This document shows positions 23,140 through 43,741 of a stretch of DNA of 64,000 nt, one piece after another. The stretch is taken from NCBI RefSeq assembly GCF_009914755.1, contig NC_060927.1; one strand, 5' to 3'. Below the pieces are notes generated by a model that made no database searches, was not told where the DNA came from, and saw only the letters and a program-made list of their open reading frames with translations. The stretch's first letter is position 1, and each line of letters opens with the position of its first letter. The DNA comes from the human T2T-CHM13v2.0 reference genome, Homo sapiens. The position numbers and the translations under genes were made by a program.

Positions 23140-23710
23140 CCTGCAGAGCCCGTGCGGACAAGAAGCTGGAGAACCGTGCAGAAAGACGATGTAAAAACAC
23201 AAACCCCCAAGAGAGCGAGCCAACAGGGTTGTGTCCTGGTGAGTGTGACTCCCCAATAACCGAAACCTCCCGCCCGCAGTCGCACTAAGGAGCACAACTT
23301 CAACTCCACACCTCCGAGGCGGGGAGCTGAGGTTGAGGCCTGGGCCGGAGGTCGCCAAGAAGACCGGAAGGCCGCACTCACCATGGCTCCGGCTGGGCTC
23401 CCTTGCTTCCACCGGGAGCACGGCTCATCCCAGCTCAGAGGCCGCGGCCAACACCTGCACGCCTTTACCAGAGAGCGACGCAACCCCCAACCTCAAGCAC
23501 AGGCGCCCTACGCAACACGGCAGGAGCAGCCGCAAACTAGGCCGGAAAACTGTCGTAAAAGGGGACGCGGAGGAGAAGGAAAGTCGCTCAAGCAGTGGAC
23601 AGAGCGGAGAAAGCGACTTCGGGTTGGTTGAAGGGTGGGCGGATCTCTTTATTTCTGGGTGTAGGGGTGGGGCTTCTCTGTGTTTTCTGTCCTTTGCTCC
23701 TGGGCGGTGG
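23140..23710. promoter_or_regulatory. CpG island / DNAJC19 promoter, probably bidirectional
   Basis: The only non-repeat CpG-dense stretch; GC boxes GGGCGG at ~23637 and ~23702; ETS-like CCGGAA at ~23364 and ~23542; no TATA box. Confidence 0.85.
23382..23384 (-). CDS. DNAJC19: DNAJC19 exon 1 coding part (ATG only)
   Basis: ggagccATG|gtgagt; exons sum 3+52+74+80+71+71=351 nt = 116 aa + stop, mitochondrial TIM14/Pam18 homologue. Confidence 0.95.
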
Positions 23711-25176
23711 GTATTTGGAAATTCTTGCAGGGAAGGGCATGGGCAGCCTTACTCAGACCGATTTTTTCCCCCTACATCTTAGCACCTCGTTTTGCCTTTA
23801 TTTTATGTTAATAATTGTCAAGGGTAATGAATGTAGTTAAACATGCTGTGACATTTCCACCACGAACCCAAACAAATATGTTGTAACCCAGTGTAGGAAA
23901 CGAGATGCCCAGAAAAACAAATGAAACCAACCACACTGTGTTTCAGGGATTGCTCGGTAGCATTTTTTAATGTAAAAGAACTTCATTTAAGGATGTGACT
24001 TGACAAGACTTTGTGAATATTTGGGTTTTCGTTTTGTAGAATGGGATTAAAGACAGTTCATATTCTGAACATGGAATGTCAAGATCCTACAACTGAAAAG
24101 GGCTATTTAAAAGTTTTCCTCCTCACCCAAAATAAAAAGTAGGGCTGGATTTTGCCCTTACGTGGACATCAGTTTCATACATCCCTACATAAATGCTTGA
24201 GAAGAAAAAAATAATGGAGACAATAATGGAATTTTACAATGCAACGTTTGCATGATCAAAATAAGTTTGGAGTTACTTCCCACTCAGAATTTACAGTGTT
24301 AAATATCCGTTTACATTGCAATGCAATTCTGCTTTGATGAGTTTGTTAGTTATTAAACAAATATGCAAAATTTTTGGGTTTGTTTTCCTCATCTGTAAAA
24401 GCAGTTTGCATTTGATAATCCAAGAGCTCTTCTAGCGCTAAGGTTTTTGTGATGTAATTTATTGTCAACACATGATTTAAGGTGACATCCAGCACTAAGA
24501 CACTAGCATTAAGTTTATAACTTCCTCTTTTGCCTCTCTTTTATCTGGTTTTTACCCAACAATTACAAAATAAATAATCAAGTGAGGCATAAGACCTTGG
24601 GACCAAATTGGCATCAACAAGCTAGAATGCTATCTGGAAAAATTTATTATGCATATTTTTGGTATGTACAAACTGTGTAATGCAGTTTCTGGAGGAATAG
24701 ATTTACAGTAGACTCTAATTAGCTTTGAGACTTTACAAAACCCAGACTCAGGAAATTGGGAGTAGCAACACAGCAAGACATTTTGTTGAGCTGGAGATAG
24801 CTCTTTTTTTGGTGGCAGATCAAACTGGAGGTAACCTGGCTCTGTCACTTACTAATACTGTGACTTGGAAAAGTTATTTCTGATTGAGTTTCTTCCTCAT
24901 TTGTAAAATGAAGGTAATGATAACTACCTTGCCGAGTTTTTGTGAACGTAGAGATTATGCACATATTGTGTTCTGCTTATGGTCATCACTCAGTGTGGGG
25001 CTATTATTATGAGGGAAGCCAGAGTGCAAATTGGAGTGTAGAAGCCTTCCTCATTCTCATGATACCTCACTCATGAATCTTAAGTCTGGTTGCCTCTTAC
25101 CTACCTGCCAAGATCCTAGAAACAGCCTTGAAAAGTAATCTTTTTAAATGTCCACTGACTGATGAATGGATAATCA

Positions 25177-25512
25177 TTCCTCATTTCTTCTAGCTTCTGG
25201 TGACTGCCAGCATTCCTTGACTTGTGACTGAATCACTGCAGTCTTGTAAGCCAGCATCTTGAAATCTCACTCTGCTCCAACTTTTCCATCTTCACATTGT
25301 CCTTCTCTTCTGTTTGTAAAATCTCCTTCTGGTTTCCTCTTAAAGGATATATGTAATTGCATTTACCAGCTACCCAGATAATCCAGGATAATCTCCCCTT
25401 CTTAAGATCCTTAACTTAATCATAGTTTCCAACACTTTGCCATATAAGGTAACATTCACAGGTTCCAAGTATTAGGACCTGAAATCTTTGGAACACATTA
25501 TTTAGTTTACTA
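25177..25512 (-). mobile_element. MLT1 (MaLR) LTR fragment
   Basis: ttctagcttctggtgactgccagcattccttgacttgtg...aaggtaacattcacaggttcca. Confidence 0.7.
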
Positions 25513-26537
25513 TAGAAAGTAATAAAAGACAAAAGAGGGGGTAGGGACAAAAGAATGAGAAAGGACTCAAGCACATCTTCTTAGTTTCTCATCCCAAATT
25601 TTTAAATCAGGTAAGTCACTTCTCCTTGGGAAGAAATAAGTGAGAGTTGAGAGCGGTAGCTAAGAGTGTTCTTGCACTGTGGCTTTCAAACATTTTTTGA
25701 CTGTCATCCTTAGTAAGAAATATATTTTACACTGTGACCCAAGGAGCAAATACATACTTGCACGCACAGATATACATAGTAGATTTATTTATGAGATAAT
25801 ACTTATCCTTACTTCATGAAATGCATGCTGGTCTTTTCTGTTTCTTAAAAAAATAAGTGCTAGAAAACCTACTAAACTCACAGCCCACTAATTGATCATC
25901 ACCTAAAGTTTGGAAATTATCACTGCAAAAATCCACACTTGGAACTATAATGCCAGGCAAATAAGGGGTTCCCCCACCAACTAAAAGCCATACGCCAGAC
26001 ATTGTACTAAATGCTTTACATAGATTGTTTCATTTCACCCTGTGAAAGTAACATTTACTTCACTATATTGCTATATTGCTTTGCTATATTGCTGGATGTA
26101 TTTTGCTTTTCCCCAGATCCTCTCTCTACCTTTTTTTCCTGCTCTGTGCTCCAGAGGAACAGAAAGGTTAGGAGGGTGACCTTAATGAACTGTATCCATG
26201 AGCAGCTCTCTCGTTTTCTGGCTTAGGGTTCATTTAGGTCTGTGATCAGGAGATCAGAAGGCAGGAGGAAAGTGAATTCATGGTTTTTATTTCTACCTCT
26301 CACTTTCTGGTGATTGTTGTAAGCTGACTGAATTGGTCTGCTGAAGAATACAGCTCCTGTTGTGTGCAAGTGTTCTGGTCATTACTCCTTCCTGTTGCTC
26401 CTTCACATTTAAGTATAGTCATGCCTTTGCTACTGGCCCCTGCTTGCTAGGCACAGGGCACTGGAACATTTTGTGCCAGTTTCCCTTAATCCTGTCCACA
26501 TCTTTGTAAACAGTCCTCTTATTAAACTCTCCATTTG

Positions 26538-26962
26538 GCCGTGGTGTGAATGTTTGTCTTCCCCCAAATTAATATGTTCAAAGCTAATAACCAATGCGAT
26601 GGTATAAGGAGATGGGGCCTTTGGGAAGTGATTAGATCATAATGGTAGAGCCCTTGTGAATCAGATTAGCGCCTTCATAAAGAGGCACGAGAGAGACCCT
26701 CACCCCTTCCACCCTGTGAGAACACAGTGAGAAGGAACTGTCTGTGAAACAGAAAGGGCCCTTACCAGACACACATGCTGCCTTTGTCTTGGACTTAAGG
26801 GTGAAAAGATGGCTGTCTATGAAGAAATGGGCCCTCATCAGACACCAAATCAGTTAGGACCTCACTCAAACTTCCCAGCTTTCCAGAACGCTGAGAAACA
26901 AATTTCTGTTTTTATAAGCTGCCAGTTTATGGTATTTTGTTATAGCGGCCCAGACTAAGGCA
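26538..26962 (+). mobile_element. MLT1A-like LTR inside an older ERVL-like LTR (~26090-26998)
   Basis: tgaatgtttgtcttccccca...ggtattttgttatagcggcccagactaaggca. Confidence 0.75.
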
Positions 26963-27010
26963 GTGTACCATCTGTTTCCAACATGAATAGTGACTATTAT
27001 TTTTATGCTA

Positions 27011-27166
27011 TTTTTTTTTTTTGAGTCAAAGTCTTGCTCTGTTCCCCAGGCTGAAGTGCAGTGGCATGATCATGGCTCACTGCAGCCTCTAACTCCTGGC
27101 ATCAAGTGATCCTCCCTTCTTAGCTTCCCAAGTTACTGGGACTACAGGCATGAGCCACTGAGCCCA
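27011..27166 (-). mobile_element. Alu monomer (FRAM-like)
   Basis: Poly-T plus a single right-monomer-like arm. Confidence 0.8.
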
Positions 27167-27169
27167 GTT

Positions 27170-27990
27170 TGATGATGACTTTAATAAGAGGCCGTTGCAA
27201 TAATTCAAATGAAAAATGATAGTAGCAGTGGTGGTAGAGTGAAGTGGCTGGACTCCTGCTTATATATTTAAGGTATAGCTGAAAAAATTTGCTGATGGAT
27301 GAGGTATAGTGTGTGAGAGAAAGAAAAGTCAAGAGTGACTCCAAAGCTTGAGGCTTTAGCAGCTGGAAGGATGGATTTGCCGCTGAATGGAACTAGAAAA
27401 ACTTCAGGAAGAGCAAGCAGGAAGTGGAAGGCTTTTGCCATGTTAAGTTTGAAATGCCAATGAGATATCCAAGTAGTGCTGTCCAATAGGCAGTTGGACA
27501 TACAACTCTGGTGTCAAAAGAGAGGTTTGGGAGTCATCAGCCCATGGAACAGGTAAAGTCATCTTTGCATGAGTGGAGACAGAAAGAAGAGGAATAAGAA
27601 CTGTGTTTTGGGATACACCTGTGTTTGGAATCTGGGGACATGAGGAAAAAAAGAGAAAATTATTTAATAGACTGAAAAAGGGTAGGCATAAACCAGGTAA
27701 GTGTGGTGTCTTGGTAGCCAAGTGAAGAAAGTGTTCAATGGAGGAAGGAGTGATTAACTGTGTCAAATGCTGCTAATATTCTTCTGAGGGAGAGCCTTTG
27801 GAAACCAAAAAGCAAAACAAGCAAACAAACAAATGTTGCTAGTAGTCAAATAATAAAGAATTGAGAATTGACTATCGGAGATCATATTCATGAGAATTTC
27901 TGTGGTGTGATGGGAATGAAAGTCTGATTGGAGTGAGTTCAAAAGAGGATGGGAGGATAGAGAGTGGAGATATGGATTATAAGAAATCTC
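27170..27990 (-). mobile_element. L2 LINE fragment
   Basis: gtcaagagtgactccaaagc...catgttaagtttgaaatgcc...aggcagttggacata. Confidence 0.7.
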
Positions 27991-27994
27991 TTTT

Positions 27995-28357
<363 letters not shown>

Positions 28358-28837
28358 TCATTGAATTATGTAATTTAAGAATGAGAAGAAAATGTAGAGA
28401 CCATATTTCCCCCAGAAGCTTTATTTTATAAATGAGGAAACTGGGCCTCAGATTGGTTGACAGACTTTTCCAAAGCCCTGACAGAGTCCAGTAATTGTTT
28501 GCCTTTCTGTTCACTTTCTAGATATGTATAATGTTAGGGTCATAAAATGAGTTGGTCCTAGAATTGTCTTTGCCTATGTTTTCTTACCACTCTTTCTAGG
28601 GATTATTCGAGATCTGGATTAGTGACATCTGAATTCCTCATTAGTAGCTATTTAAACCCAGGGGATCTATCTTGTGTAGGCAGCTGTTCACATAATGCTG
28701 TATGGAAAAGCCCTTTGCCTAAAATTCAGTGGCGCTTGGTAGATACTCGCTTCCTTTCCCTTCTTCTTTGTTCCACCCATTTTTGTCTCTTCTTCTCTCC
28801 TTTCTTTCAATGATCCTGCCATCTCCTGACAATCTAC

Positions 28838-29294
28838 TGTGAAAAGAAAATAAAAATATGGGACCCCAATTCACTACTCCAAAAGAAAAAAAAATGAAGC
28901 TGAAAGCTGACTAATGCAAAAAGCTGACTTTCCTTTTGTTCCTAAGCAGATAGCTACAGATACAAGGTTAAATATCTCCATAGGTAGCTCCTCTATGTTC
29001 ACCTTATCTTCTGCAAAGTGTTGGTTAACTGAGCATGAGACAAATGCATCATTGACTATTCTCTTGCCTGCCCTTTTTCTCTTGCAACATGTGGATTACC
29101 ATATTTTCCCTCTTTCCCCTCCAGCCCATGTTTCTCCTTTAAATATTGAAGCTCTCAAAATTATCTTTGAAGGACAGCGTAGACCACAGACTGTTTCTGT
29201 GATTCTGTGTTTATTTCTTCCAGGCATGTCCTTAACCTTAGCAAAATAACTTCTAAATTGATTGAGATGTGTCTCAGATACCTTTTGGTTTACA
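28838..29294 (+). mobile_element. Solo ERV1 (MER4-group) LTR
   Basis: TG...CA termini with 4-bp TSD CTAC on both sides. Confidence 0.8.
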
Positions 29295-29740
29295 CTACCA
29301 TTAGGAATTCATCTTATGTCTCCTGTCTGAATGTGAAATTCTTGGTGAATGATCAGACTGAGATATGATCAACAGACTCCTCTATGAAGTGTTTTAAGAG
29401 ATCATTTTGGTATTAATAACTAGTCAAAGGAAGATTTTAATTGGAGTGCAAAAAAAGAAAGGAAGGAAGGAGAAGATATTTAGAGCAAGAGAGGTTGAGG
29501 ACAGGCCCAAGTAGGAATGATGTGAGGACCCAAGACACTGGGAAAGAAGAGGGGATGCTGGGAAGCCAGAAGGGAACACCCATGGTCCAATCACTTTTTC
29601 TTCCAGCTGGCCTCATCTGCATCCAAGTCAGGTGACCTTGCTCTGCCCTGTGGATATTATAAAATAATTTATAACTGTTTCTCCTGTGATTTTCTCACCC
29701 CTTTTCTCAATTTGCTTCATTTTTCTCTCACTGCATCTGT

Positions 29741-30296
<556 letters not shown>

Positions 30297-31271
30297 TGAG
30301 TTAGCTTAAGTGCCATTCCAAAATGGAGATTCCTCAACTGACCCTCCATTTCATTCCATCTTAGCATGCCTTTGCCCATTGCCTTCCTCAGTCTTTTTTT
30401 CTCCTTCCTTAGCCTGGGTTCCAATTATATGCAGCAGCTTTATGTGTTAAATAAATTGAGCTCTCCCTGCTGAGCTGTCAGCGAATGGAACTGACCAACA
30501 GAACAATCTATGTAAGTGCATCTTGTGCCTGGGCCAGACAGACAAGCACAATTATTTGATTGCTGGAGATTGCTACTAAATGAGGATGAAATAGCTGGTC
30601 TGAGACTTGTTGGTGAATATTATTAATAATATAGTGTCATGCATTAATAACACAGTGTCATGGGAAACAAAGCTACACTGGAGGGTCTGTCTGAAATCCC
30701 ATTTGAAATCACATTTTCAGGGGGCTAGATGGTTGAGGAGATGAGCAATAATAAAGCAACTTTAAGCACAAATTTAGGAGTTTCACTTTGACTTAGGCTG
30801 AAGTTAAGAGAATATACATCACTGTTATACGTTATTTGGTGGCCAGAATAAAGCATGGGATACATCCCTGTCTAATTGTCATAAAAATTGTGCTTCTATA
30901 ATATTCTACTATGAAAAATCATCTTCACTGTCATCATTAGAGGGCTTTGCAAAAACTCCATAAAATTCTTTCTGGCACCTATTATGCCCTCAGTTACTAC
31001 ATGCATAGCAAACTTCTTTAGCCCGGCACCACAGACAGTCTTTCCAGACTTCTCTTCCACTTCTCCCCTTCATAAACCTCATAGCCTTGTCAAATGGGAT
31101 TTGTCACCACTATTCTTCAAATGTGCTCTGAAGTCCACTGCCCCCTGGGCTTTTAGCCAAGTCACTCCTGCTTTTCCAAGTGCCCTTCCCAAATCCCATC
31201 TCTGTCCCTCAATTAAATGTCCAGATCAAATGTGCCTTCTGCAAAGCTTTCTTTGTTCACTCAAGTCGGGA

Positions 31272-31460
31272 ACAGGTGTCTACAAACTTTATGTAAAGGA
31301 ACATATAGTAAATATGTTAGGCTGTGCAGCCTGCATATAATCTCTGTATTCTTTCTTCTTTTTAGATGAAAATATTAAAATGATCCTTAGCTTGTAGATC
31401 ATTCAAAAACAGACCACAGGATGAATTTGGCTTATGGAGCATAGCTTGCCAAACCATGGT
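31272..31460. mobile_element. MER58-like hAT MITE
   Basis: caggtgtctacaaacttt...atagtaaatatgttaggct...tagcttgccaaaccatg. Confidence 0.6.
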
Positions 31461-31623
31461 CTAGAGTGATCTCTCCTTTCTCCAAACTCCTGTACAATTT
31501 TGTTTGTGTCATACTGCCAGTTTCTATATAATGTATAGAAATTATTGGTATAGAAGTGTTTTCTCTATTAGACTGAAGATCCTTGAAAGAAAGCATGTCA
31601 CATATACTTCTTCTTTTTTTTAG

Positions 31624-31931
<308 letters not shown>

Positions 31932-32164
31932 TTTAGTTCTTTAAAAAAAAAAATTTTTTTTATACTTTAAGTTCTGGGAAACATGTGCAGAATGTGCAGG
32001 TTTGTTACATAAGTATACACATGCCATGGTGGTTTGCTGCACCCATCAACCCATCATCTACATTAGGTATTTCTCCTAATGCTATCCCTCCTCTAGCCCT
32101 CCACCCCCCCCGACAGGCCCTGGTGTGTGATGTTCCCCTCCTTGTGTTCATGTGTTCTCATTGT

Positions 32165-36311
<4,147 letters not shown>

Positions 36312-36376
36312 TATGGTACTAGCTGGTTATTCTGGCCATTAGTTGGTTAGTTTCTTCATAATGTCGATGGTCTTTT

Positions 36377-37399
36377 CAATTTGGCATGTTTTTGCAGTGG
36401 CTGGTACCGATTTTTCCATTCCACGTTTAATGCTCCCTTCAGGAGCTCTTGTAAGGCAGGCCTGGTGGTAACAAAATCTCTCAGCATTTGCTCCTCTGTA
36501 AAGGATTTTATTTCTCCTTTGCATATGAAGCTTAGTTTGGCTGGATATGAAATTATGGGTTGAAAATTATTTTCTTTAAGAAAGTTGAATATCAGCCCCC
36601 ACTGTCTTCTGGCTTGTAAGGTTTCTGCAGAGAGATCCGCTGTTAATCTGATGGGCTTCCCTTTGTGGGTAACCTGACCTTTCTATCTGGCTGCCCTTAA
36701 CATTTTTTCCTTCATTTCAACCTTGGTGAATCTGACAATTATGTGTCTTGGGGTTGCCCTTCTTGAGGAGTATCTTTGTGGTGTGCTCTGTATTTCCTGA
36801 ATTTAAATGTTGGCTTGTCTTGCTAGTTTGGGGAAGTTCTCCTGGATAATATCCTGAAGAGTGTTTTCCAACTTGGCTCCATTCTCCCCATCACGTTCAA
36901 GTACACCAATCAAACATAGGTTTGGTCTTTTCACATAGTGCCATATTTCTTGGAGGCTTTGTTCATTCTTATTCATTCTTTTTTATCTAATCTTGTCTTC
37001 ACGCTTTATTTCATTGAGTTGATCTTCAATCTCTGATACCCTTTCTTCCACTTGATTGATTCAGTTATTGATACTTGTGTATGCTTCATGAAGTTCTCAT
37101 GCTGTGTTTATCAGCTCCATCAGGTCATTTATCTTCTTCTCTAAACTGGTTATTCCAGTTAGCGATTCCTCTAACCTCTTTTCAAGGTTCTTAGCTTGCT
37201 TGCATTGGGTTAGAACATGCTCCTTTAGCTTGAAGGGGTTTGTTATTACCCACCTTCTGAAGCCTAGTTCTGTCAATTCATCAAACTCATTCTCTCTCCA
37301 GTTTTGCTCCCTTGCTGGCAAGGAGTTGTGATCCTTTGGAGGAGAAGAGAAGTTCTGGTTTTTGCAATTTGCAGCCTTTTTGCACTGGCTTTTCCTCAT
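36377..37399 (-). pseudogene. L1 ORF1, disrupted
   Basis: MRKSQCKKAANCKNQNFSSPPKDHNS... matches the older L1PA ORF1 N-terminus; premature stop at 37097. Confidence 0.88.
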
Positions 37400-38787
37400 C
37401 TTCGTGGATTTATCTACCTTTGGTCTTTGTTGTTGGTGACCTTTGGATGGGGTGTCTGTGTGAATGTCCTTTTTGTTAATGTTGATGCTTTCTCTTTCTG
37501 TTTGTTAGTTTTCCTTCTAACGGTCAGGCCCCTCTTCTGCAGGTCTGCTGGAGTTTGCTGGAGGTGCACTCCAGACTCTGTTTGCCTGCCTATCACCAAC
37601 AGAGGCTGCAGAACAGCAAAGATTGCTGTCTGTAACTTCCTCTGGAAGCTTCATCCCAGAGGGGCACCTGCCAGATGCCAGCCGGAGCTCTCCTCTATGA
37701 GGTATCTGTCGACTCCTGCTGGGAGGTATCTCCAGTCAGGAGGCACGGGGGTGAGGGACCCACTTGAGGAGGCAGTCTGTCTGTTAGCAGAGCTTGATCG
37801 CTGTGCTGGGAGATCCATTGCTCTCTTCAGAGCTGCCAGGCAGGAATGTTTAAGTCTGCTGAAGCTGCACCCACAGCTGCCCCTTCCCCTGATGCTCTGT
37901 CCCAGGGAGATGGGAGTTTTATCTATAAGCCCCTGAATGGGGCTGCTGCCTTTCTTTCAGCGATGTCCTGCCCAGAGAGGAGGAATCTAGAGAGGCAGTC
38001 TGGCTACAGGGGCTTTGCAGAGCTATGGTGGGCTCTGCCCAGTTCAAACTTCTGGGCGACTTTGTTTATACTGTGAGGGGAAAACTGCCTACTCAAACCT
38101 CAGTAATGACAGACGCCCCTCCCCCCACCAAGCTTGAGTGTCCCAGTTTGACTTTAGACTGCTATGCTGGCAGTGAGAATTTTAAGCAAGTGGATCTTAG
38201 CTTGCTGGGCTCCACAGGGGGGTGGGACCCAGTGAGCTAGACCACTTGGCTCCCTGGCTTCAGCCCCCTTTCCAGGGGAGTGAACGGTTCTGTCTTGCTG
38301 GCATTTTGGATGCCACTGGGGTATGAAAAAAACTCCTGCAGCTAGATCGGTGACTGCCCGAATAGCTGCTCAGTTTTGTGCTTGAAATCCAGGGCCCTGG
38401 TGGCATAGTCACCTGAAGGAATCTCCTGGTCTGTGGGTTGTGAAGACCATGGGAAAAGCATAGTATCTGAGCCAGAGTAAACCATTCCTCATGGCCCAGT
38501 CCTTCATGGTTTCCCTTGGCTAGGGGAGGGAGTTTCGCCACCCCTTGCACTTCCCGGGTGAGGCGATGCCCCACCTTGCTTCGGCTTGCCATCCGTGAGC
38601 TGTACCCACTGTCTAACCAGTCCCAATGAGATGAGTTGGGTACCTCAGTTGGAAATGCAGAAATCACCCTTATTTTACTTAACGATGGCCCGAAACTGCA
38701 GGAGTAGTTATGCTGGTATATTGTTATACATGTTCTATTATTATTGTTGTTCATCTCTTACTGTGCCTAAATTTATAAATTAAGCTA

Positions 38788-40607
<1,820 letters not shown>

Positions 40608-41095
40608 TATATATAAGGCTTTGTACTATCCATGGTCTCAGTCACGCACTGGGGGTCTTGGAACCTATGCCTTGAGAATTAGGGGGACTACTCTAACTGC
40701 ATTTAGTAATCTTGTTGTCAGTCAAGATAAATTGGTGATCATAATTGTCACTTAGGTACATTACAGATGATAAAAAAAAGTCTACTAGAGGCAATATCTT
40801 GATCACAAGCTAAATTAAGCAACATTTAGACTAGACACATAGAGCTCAATAATTGGTGGTAGTTTATAAAAATAACTTACCTACTAGGTAAATGAGTAAA
40901 GATTTGACTTAAGGTCTATTTGAATTCTAAGCCTATGATCTTTCCCATGTAATCAAAATAATGTTGGGTCATATTGAGTTCTATGCTGAGCACAGATTTG
41001 CATTGAAATTAACAACAGTGAACTGAAAAATAAAAATAAGAAATAAAAACAATCTACACATACAATTAGCTGAAACACATCAAGATATTTTATGG

Positions 41096-41636
41096 CTGTG
41101 GACCCCAACTCCCAGGTCACAGACTGGGTATCAATCTGTGGTACCGGTTAGGAACCAGGCCACACAATAGGGGTTGAGCAGTGGGGGAACAAAGCTTTAT
41201 CTGTATTTACAGCCACTCCCCATCACGCGCATTACCACCTGAACTCAGCCTCCTGTCAGATCAGTGGCAGTGGTGGCATTAGATTCTCATAGGAGCATGA
41301 ACTGTGAATGTGAAATATGCATGTGAGGGATCTAGGTAACATGCTTCTTATAAGAATCTAATGCCTGATGGTCTGTCACTGTCTCCCATCACCCCCAGAT
41401 GGGACTGTCTAGTTGAAGGAAAACAAGCTCAGGGCTCCCACTGATTCCATATTATGGTGAGTTGTATAATTATTTCATTACATTTTACAATGTAACAATG
41501 ATAGAAATAAAGTGCACAATAAATATAATGCAGTTGCATCATCCTGAAACCATCCTCCCTCCCTCCGGTCTGTGGAAAAATTGTATTCCACAAAACTGGT
41601 CTCTGGTGTTGGTGCCAAAAAGGTTGGGGACCACTG
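41096..41636. mobile_element. MER1A hAT-Charlie element
   Basis: Ends ctgtggacccca / ggttggggaccactg; 8-bp TSD TTTTATGG. Confidence 0.85.
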
Positions 41637-41676
41637 TTTTATGGCAGTCTCTAAAGGAAATATCACGAGGGAATAA

Positions 41677-42031
<355 letters not shown>

Positions 42032-42248
42032 CTTATTGGATCTTTCTTAATGTCTGTCTCACACAAAATCCATTGCCAGACAAAATTCAGTCTCCCAATT
42101 GTCTCCCAATTCTGTTTACTCAAGCTCTTTTTCTTCTTGCCACCACTCTTCAAGCTATGTCATTCCCTTCTTCGGTCACTCTCTGCCCATTCAATGTTTT
42201 TCCCATTTCCTTATTTTCCCTCCCTTCCTCATCTACACTATGGTAGGC

Positions 42249-42550
42249 TGTTCTTTGGTGGGTAACCTATGCAAACCTACTCACAAAGGCCAAGGTAACT
42301 GAGAGGCTGAAGAAATAGGCTGACAAATCAATTTTTTTTCAGAAAGAAACATTAAACAGGGACTTATGGCTGGGAGTGGTGTGACTCACACCTGTAATCT
42401 CAGCACTTTGGGAGGCTATGGTTCCATCCCCTTAGGTTCCAACCCCTTAGGAGGCTGAGGTGGGAGGATTGCTTGACCCCAGGAGGCAGAGGTTGCAGTG
42501 AGCTAAGATTGCACCACTGCACTCCAGGTGACAGAGTGAGACCCCATCTC

Positions 42551-42581
<31 letters not shown>

Positions 42582-42926
42582 AGAATTACAAACAGAAGCC
42601 AGAAGCCATGTCTTAGGTGGTTGCAAGACAGTGGATCCTTGGACCGTTATCCTTTAGACACAGGGTGTATATACCATAGGGAAGAGATAAACTTGCTTCA
42701 GAAGGAATGTGTGAGACAACTGGAGTTGACACCTCAGAAGAAGGCAAGAATGGTGTGTGTGTCATAGCCTGTAATTTGCTTAAGGGCAGGATTTATGGTA
42801 AGTATTTTCTCTTACACATGGAAAAGAAGATAAAATAAAAATCTTAAAGGCATTTCTGGAACCAGGGTTAATCAGAAATTAATATGACAAAATAGCATCC
42901 AAGGTGGAGTTGCTTAAGCCTCAACA
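42249..42926 (-). mobile_element. Solo LTR (ERVL-class, LTR47-like) containing a rearranged Alu (42368-42579)
   Basis: TG...CA termini with 5-bp TSD TAGGC. Confidence 0.65.
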
Positions 42927-43040
42927 TAGGCCAAATTCTAAGATAGACCCCAAGAATTCCACCTATCCTGGTGTACACCACTTAAATGATTTTCACCCCC
43001 TTGGGTGTGGACTGGAACTATGAAGACGGTGAGATAGTCA

Positions 43041-43741
43041 TGTAACTGCCCTCCAGGTTCACCTTTCCCGCTGCCTAGATAGCCGACTTATCTAGACAGG
43101 GGAATTACAATAGAGAAAGAGTAATGACACAGAGCCAGCTATGTGGGAGACCAGAGTTTCATTATTACTCAAATCAGTCTCCCTGAGCATTCGAGAACCT
43201 GAGTTTTTAAGGATAATTTGGTGGGTGGGTGGGGGTGCCAGTGAGTCAGGAGTGCTGACTGGTCAGGTCAGAGATGAAATCATAGGGAGTCAAAGCTGAG
43301 CCAGTTCTTGCGTGGGGGCCACAAGATCAGATGAGCCAGTTCATCCATCTGGGTGGTGCCAGCTGATCCATCAAGTACAGGGTCTGCAAAATATCTCAAA
43401 CTCTGGTCTTAGGTTTTATAATAGTGATGTTATCCCCCAGAGCAATTTGGGGAGAGTCAGAATCTTGTAGCCTGCAGCCGCATGACTCCTAAACAATAAT
43501 TTCTAATCTTGTGGCTAACTTTTAGTCTTACAAAGGCAGTCTAGTCCCCAGGCAAGAAGGAGGTTTATTTTGGAAAAGAGCTGTTATCATTGTTTTAAAC
43601 TATAAACTAAGTTCCTCCCAAAGGTAGTTTGGTCTGTGCCCAGAAATGAACAAAGACAGCTTGGAGGTTAGAGGCAAGGTGCAGTTGGTTAGGTCAGATC
43701 TCTTTCACTGTCTCAGTTATAATTTTGCAATGGCAATTTCA
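43041..43741 (-). mobile_element. LTR8 solo LTR (ERV1)
   Basis: Minus-strand start tgaaattgccattgcaaaattataactgagacagtgaaagagatctgacc; 4-bp TSD GTCA. Confidence 0.85.

Noticed and set aside
23029-23840. Several 80-150 aa ORFs on both strands at the DNAJC19 promoter
   Set aside because: Expected stop-codon scarcity in a CpG island; mostly non-ATG starts; no recognisable domains
37304-38783. 210-aa + strand ORF and neighbours in the L1 5' region
   Set aside because: Antisense L1 5'UTR/ORF1 sequence with a TTG start; no evidence of an independent gene
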